Assembly (NCBI RefSeq): GCF_009914755.1
Contig: NC_060933.1
Length of the DNA stretch: 64,000 nt
Reading direction: 5' to 3' (one strand)
DNA from: the human T2T-CHM13v2.0 reference genome, Homo sapiens
The notes below the pieces were generated by a model, which ran no database searches, was not told where the DNA came from, and saw nothing but the letters and a program-made list of their open reading frames with translations. Below, in pieces: positions 57,501-64,000 of this stretch; the stretch's first letter is position 1; every line of letters starts with the position of its first letter. A program made the translations under genes and the position numbers.

Positions 57501-60500
57501 TTCCATTCCATTCCATTCCATTCCATTCCATTCCATTCCATTTCGTTCCATTCCATTCTATTCCGTATCATTCAGTTCCATTCCATTCCATTGCATTCCA
57601 TTCCATTCCATTCCACTCGTGATGATTTCATTCCTTTCCATTCCATTCGGTTTGAAGGCATTCCATTCCATTCCATTCCATTCCATTCCATTCCATTCCA
57701 TTCCATCGTACTCGGGTTGATTCCATTCCATTGCATTCCATTCCATTCCATTCCATTCCATTCCGTTGCATTCCATTCCATTACATTCGGATTGATTCTA
57801 TTCAACTCCCTTACTCTCCATTACATTCCATTCCATTCGGGTTGTTCCATTCCATTCCATTCCATTCCACTCCATTCCATTGCACTCGGATTGATTCCAT
57901 TCCATTCCATTCCATTCCATTCAATTCCATTCCATTCCGGATGATTCCATTCCATTGCATTCCGTTCCATTACATTCCCCTGCACTCGCGTTGATTCCAT
58001 TCCATTCCATTCCATTCCATTCAATTCCATTCCATTACAATTCGTTCCATTCCATTCTATTCCGTACCATTCCATTCCATTCCATACCATTCCATTCCAT
58101 TCCATTCCATTCCATTCCATTCCATTCCGTTCCATTCCGTTCCATTCCATTCCATTCCATTTTATTCGGGTTAATTCCTTTCCATTCCATTCCATTCCAT
58201 TCCATTCCATTCCATTCCATTCTATTCCATTCCATTGCAATCGAGTTGAATCCATTGCATTTCATTCAATTCCATTCCATTCCATTCCGGAAGATTCCAT
58301 TCCATTGCATTCCATTCCATTCCATTCCCCTGCACTCGCGTTGATTCCATTCCATTCCATTCCATTCCATTCCATTCCGTTCCGTTCCATTCCATTCCAT
58401 TCCATTCTATTCGGGTTAATTCCATTCCATTCCATTCGATTGCAATCGAGTTGATTCCATTCCATTCCATTCCATTCCATTCCATTCCGTTCCATTCAAT
58501 TCCTTTCCATTCCATTACGGATGATTCCATTCCATTGCATTCCATTCCATTCCATTCCCCTGTACTCGGGTTGATTCCATTCCATTCCCTTCCAATCCAT
58601 GCCATTCCACTCGTGTTGATTCCATTCTTTCCATTCCATTCAAGTTGAATCCATTCCATTGCATTCCATTCCATTCGATTCCATTCGATTGCACTCGGGT
58701 TGATTCCATTCCATTGCATTCCATTCCATTCCATTCCATTCCATTGCATTCCATTCCTTTCCATTCCATTTCATTACATTCAGATTGATTCTATTCAATT
58801 CCCTTACACTCCATTATATTCCAATCCATTCTGGTTGTTTCCATTCCATTCGATTCCATTTCACTCCATTCCATTGCACTCGGGTTGATTCCATTCCATT
58901 GCATTCCATTCCATTCCATTCCGGATGATTCCATTCCATTGCATTCCTTTCCATTCCATTCCCCTGCACTCGGGTTGATTCCATTCCATTCCATTCCATT
59001 ACATTCCGTTCCATTCCATTCCATTCCATTCGGATTGATTCTATTCAATTCCCTTACACTCCAATGCATTCCATTCCATTCGGGTAGTTTCCATTCCATT
59101 CCATTCCATTCCTCTCCATTCCATTGCACTCGGGTTGATTCCATTCCATTCCATTCCATTCCATTCCATTCCATTACATTACATTTCGTTCCATTGTACT
59201 CGGGTTGATTCCATTCCATTGCATTCCATTCCATTCCATTCCATTAAATCCCATTCCATTCCATTCCATTCCGTTCCATTCCATTACATTCGGATTGATT
59301 CTATTCAACTCCCTAACTCTCCATTACATTCCATTCCATTCGGGTTGTACCATTCCATTCCATTCCATTCCACTCCATTCCATTGCACTCGGGTTGATTC
59401 CATTCCATTCCATTCCATTCAATTCCATTGCATTCCGTTCCATTACATTCCCCTGCACTCGGGTTGATTCCATTCCATTCCATTCGATTCCATTCCATTC
59501 CAATTCTTTCCATTCCATTCTATTCCGTACCATTCCATTCCATTCCATTCAATTCCATTCCATTCCACTCCGTTCCGTTCCGTTCCGTTCCGTTACGTTC
59601 CATTCCATTCCATTCCATTCTATTCGGTTTAATTCCATTCCATTCCATTCCATTCCATTCTATTCCATTCCATTGCAATCGAGTTGAATCCATTGCATTC
59701 CATTCCATTCCATTCCATTCCATTCCGGAAGATTCCATTCCATTGCATTCCATTCCATTCCATTCCATTCCATTCCATTCCATTGTACTCGGGTTGATTC
59801 CATTCCATTGCATTCCATTCCATTCCATTCCATTCCATTCCATTCCATTCCATTCCGTTGCATTCCATTCCATTACATTCGGATTGATTCTATTCAACTC
59901 CCTTACTCTCCATTACATTCCATTCCATTTGTGTTGTTCCATTCCATTCCATTCCATTCCACTCCATTCCATTGCACTCGGGTTGATTCCATTCCATTCC
60001 ATTCCATTCCATTTCATTTCGGATGATTCCATTCCTTTGCATTCCGTTCCATTACATTCCCCTGCACTCGCGTTGATTCCATTCCATTCCATTCCATTCC
60101 ATTCAATTCCATTCCATTACAATTCGTTCCATTCCATTCTATTCCGTACCATTCCATTCCATTCCATACCATTTCATTCCATTCCATTCCATTCCATTCC
60201 GTTCCAATCCGTTCCATTCCATTCCATTCCATTCTATTCGGGTTAATTCCATTCCATTCCATTCCATTCCATTCTATTCTATTCCATTCCATTGCAATCG
60301 AGTTGAATCAATTGCATTTCATTCCATTCCATTCCATTCCATTCCATTCCGGAAGATTCCATTCCATTGCATTCCATTCCATTCCATTCCCCTGCACTCG
60401 CGTTGATTCCATTCCATTCCATTCCATTCCATTCCATCCATTCCGTTCCGTTCCGTTCCATTCCATTCCATTCCATTCCATTCCATTCCGTTCCGTTCCA

Positions 60501-63500
60501 TTCCATTCCATTCCATTCTATTTGGGTTAATTCCATTCCATTGCATTCGATTGCAATCGAGTTGATTCCATTCCATTCCATTCCATTCCATTCCATTCCA
60601 TTCCTTTCCATTCCATTACGGATGATTCCATTCCATTGCATTCCATTCCATTCCATTCCCCTGTACTCAGGTTGATTCCATTCCATTCCATTCCAATCCA
60701 TGCCATTCCACTCGTGTTGATTCCATTCTTTCTATTCCATTCAAGTTGAATCCATTCCATTGCATTCCATTCCATTCCATTACCCTGCAGTCGGGTTGAT
60801 TCCGTTCCATTCCATTCCATTCCATTCCATTCCATTCCATTCCGTTCCGTTCCATTCCATTCCATTCCATTCTATTCGGGTTAATTCCATTCCATTCCAT
60901 TCCATTCCATTCCAATCGAGTTGATTCCATTCCATTCCATTCCATTCCATTCCACTCCATTCGAGTCCTTTCCATTCCATTCCACTCGGGTTGATTCCAA
61001 TGTATTCCTTTCCATTCCATTCCATTCCATTGCAATCGAGTTGATTCCATTGCTTTGCATTCCATTCCATTCCATTCCATTCCGGATGATTCCATTCCAT
61101 TGCATTCCATTCCATTCCATTCCCCTGCACTCGGGTTGATTCCATTCCATTGCATTCCATTCCATTCCATTCCGTTCCATTCCATTCCATTACATTCGGA
61201 TTGATTCTATTCAATTCCCTTACATTGCATTACATTCCATTCCATTCGGGTAGTTTCCATTCCATTCCATTCCATTCCTCTCCATTCCATTTCACTCGGG
61301 TTGATTCCATTCCATTGCATTCCATTCCATTCCATTCAATTCCATTCCGTTCCATTCCATTCCATTACATTCGGATTGACTCTATTCAACTCCCTTACTC
61401 TCCATTACATTCCATTGCATTCGGGTTGTTCCATTCCATTCCATTCCATTCCACTCCATTCCATTGCACTCGGGTTTATTCCATTCCATTCCATTCCATT
61501 CCATTCCATTCCATTCCATTCCATTCCGGAAGATTCCATTCCATTGCATTCCATTCCATTCCATTCCCCTGCACTCGCATTGATTCCATTCCATTCCATT
61601 CCATTCCATTCCATTCCATTCCATTCCATTCCATTCCATTCCATTCCTTTCCGTTCCATTCCGTTCCATTCCATTCCATTCCGTTCCGTTCCGTTCCGTT
61701 CCGTTCCGTTCCATTCCATTCCATTGCATTCTATTCGGGTTAACTCCATTCCATTCCATTCGATTGCAATCGAGTTGATTCCATTCCATTCCATTCCATT
61801 CCATTCCATTCCATTCCTTTCCATTCCATTACGGAAGATTCCATTCCATTGCATTCCAGTCCATTCCATTCCCCTGCACTCGCGTTGATTCCATTCCATT
61901 CCATTCCATTCCATTCCATTCCATTCCATTCCGTTCCGTTCCGTTCCGTTCCATTCCATTCCATTCCATTCTATTCGGGTTAATTCCATTCCATTCCATT
62001 CGATTGCAATCGTGTTGATTCCATTCCATTCCATTCCATTCCATTCCATTCCATTCCATTCCTTTCCATTCCATTACGGATGATTCCATTCCATTGCATT
62101 TCATTCCATTCCATTCCCCTGTACTCGGGTTGATTCCATTCCATTGCATTCCAATCCATGCCATTCCACTCGTGTTGATTCCATTCTTTCCATTCCATTC
62201 AAGTTGAATCCATTCCATTGCATTCCATTCCGTTCGATTCCATTCGATTGCACTCGGGTTGATTCCATTCCATTGCATTCCATTCCATTCCATTCCATTC
62301 CATTCCATTCCGTTCCATTCCATTCCATTACATTCGGATTGATTCTATTCAATTCCCTTACACTCCATTACATTCCATTCCATTCGGGTAGTTTCCATTC
62401 CATTCCATTCCATTCCTCTCCATTCCATTGCACTCGGGTTGATTCCATTCCATTGCATCCCATTCCATTCCATTCAATTCCATTCCGTTCCATTCCATTC
62501 CATTACATTCGTATTGATTCTTTTCAACTCCCTTAGTCTCCATTACATTCCATTCCATTCGGGTTGTTCCATTCCATTCCATTCCATTCCATTCAATTCC
62601 ATTCCATTCCATTGCATTGCATTCCATTCCATTCCCCTGCACTAGCGTTGATTCCAATCCATTCCATTCCATTCCATTCCATTCCATTCCATTCCATTCC
62701 ATTCCATTCCATTCCTTTCCATTCCATTCCATTCCATTCTATTCCATTCCATTCCGTTCCGTTCCGTTCCGTTCCATTCCATTCCATTCCATTCTATTCG
62801 GGTTAATTTCATTCCATTCCATTCGATTGCAGTCGAGTTGATTCCATTCCATTCCATTCCATTCCATTCCATTCCATTCCATTCCATTCCTTTCCATTCC
62901 ATTACGGAAGATTCCATTCCATTGCATTCCATTCCATTCCATTCCCCTGTACTCGGGTTGATTCCATTCCATTCCATTCCAATCCATGCCATTCCACTCG
63001 TGTTGATTCCATTCTTTCCATTCCATTCAAGTTGAATCCATTCCATTGCATTCCATTCCATTCCATTCCCCTGCAGTCGGGTTGATTCCATTCCATTCCA
63101 TTCCATTCCATTCCATTCCATTCCATTCCATTCCAATCAAGTTGATTCCATTCCATTCCATTCCATTCCATTCCATTCCATTCCATTCCACTCCATTCCA
63201 GTCCTTTCCATTCCATTCCACTCGGGTTGATTCCAATGTATTCCTTTCCATTCCATTCCATTCCATTGCAATCGAGTTGATTCCATTGCTTTGCATTCCA
63301 TTCCATTCCATTCCATTCCGGATGATTCCATTCTATTGCATTCCATTCCATTCCATTCCCCTGCACTCGGGTTGATTCCATTCCATTCCACTCCATTCCA
63401 TTCCATTCCATTCCATTATATTGTATTCGGGTTAATTCCATTCCATTCCGTTCCATTCCATTCCATTCCATTACAATCGAGTTGATTCCATTCCATTCCA

Positions 63501-64000
63501 TTCCATTCCAGTCCTTTCCATTCCAATCCACTCGGGTTGATTCCATTCTATTAGTTTCCATTCCATTCCATTCCCTTCCATTCCACTCTGGTTGATTCCA
63601 TTCCTTTCCATTCCACTCGAATACATTCCCTCCTATTCCACTCGGAACGATTCCATTCCATTCCATTCCATTCCATTCCATTCCATTCCATTCCATTCCA
63701 TTCCATTTCGTTCCATTCCATTCTATTCCGTATCATTCCATTCCATTCCATTCCATTCCATTCCATTCCATTCCATTCCATTGTACTCCGGTTGATTCCA
63801 TTCCATTGCATTCCATTCCATTCCATTCCATTCCATTCCGTTGCATTCCATTCCATTATATTCGGATTGATTCTATTCAACTCCCTTACTCTCCATTACA
63901 TTCCATTCCATTCGGGTTGTTCCATTCCTTTCCATTCCATTCCACTCCATTCCATTGCACTCGGGTTGATTCCATTCCATTCCATTCCATTCCATTCCAT

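Larger units (their letters stand above)
1..64000 (+). repeat. Satellite III (HSat3)-type tandem array, (CATTC)n/(GGAAT)n, pericentromeric heterochromatin; extends beyond both window ends
   Basis: CATTC dominates every line from 1 to 64000 in one orientation. The interspersed ACTCGGGTTG motif (e.g. 80-89, 611-620, 841-850) is the reverse complement of CAACCCGAGT, the classical Satellite III spacer. The CGATGATT-rich units typical of HSat2 are not seen. Species, chromosome and subfamily cannot be fixed by eye. Confidence 0.97.

Noticed and set aside
73-63880. Hundreds of ORFs on both strands (MEWNG..., IPFHS...), up to 371 aa (29879-30994)
   Set aside because: A CATTC/GAATG pentamer has no stop codon in any frame and translates to a 5-aa repeat. 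The ORFs overlap in all six frames, have no domain content and end only at variant modules. They are not genes.
1-64000. CRISPR-like or other repeat-spacer array (recurrent GTTGATTCC units with variable intervening sequence)
   Set aside because: The intervening sequences are CATTC runs or recurring modules rather than unique spacers, lengths are irregular, and there are no cas genes or leader.
1-64000. HSat2 assignment because of CATTCGATTCCATTCGAT (e.g. 1441-1456, 4277-4295)
   Set aside because: It is confined to one module every few kb. Long pure CATTC runs plus ACTCGGGTTG spacers indicate HSat3.
1-64000. Specific chromosome or subfamily call (e.g. chr9 pericentromeric block, DYZ1) and species
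   Set aside because: This needs k-mer classification or alignment. No regular ~3.5 kb period is seen, which argues against DYZ1. Human versus other great ape cannot be determined by eye.
1-64000. Alu/L1 insertions, alpha satellite, telomeric repeats, strand inversion, G-quadruplex
   Set aside because: None seen. Orientation is constant, and G/C runs of three or more are isolated, not clustered in fours.
1-64000. A previously undescribed gene-based biological system
   Set aside because: There is no coding or unique sequence to support one. The observations are limited to satellite architecture and motif hypotheses.

Overview
The entire 64 kb window is one uninterrupted block of classical pericentromeric satellite DNA of the human/great-ape Satellite III (HSat3) type. 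It reads (CATTC)n on the + strand and (GGAAT)n on the - strand, punctuated by the diagnostic 10-mer ACTCGGGTTG (= CAACCCGAGT) and a small vocabulary of other variant modules. I found no genes, RNA genes, transposon insertions, CRISPR arrays or strand inversions. All ORFs in the track are artefacts of a stop-free pentamer (poly-MEWNG / poly-IPFHS). I see no evidence of a new protein-coding or defence system. The readable signal is array architecture: (1) no single higher-order period, but a mosaic of modules with tandem duplications of about 1.2, 2.3, 2.46 and 2.8 kb and dispersed duplications at about 5.2, 7.15, 12.2, 13.8, 19.2, 23.2 and 51.3 kb offsets; (2) one duplication junction resolvable to a 5-bp microhomology; (3) recurrent embedded motifs (perfect heat-shock elements, a 14-bp palindrome, an inverted CATTCC/GGAATG pair); (4) one-directional register slippage; (5) local variant-pentamer expansions. 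Coordinates and counts were read by eye, so boundaries inside CATTC runs are approximate.
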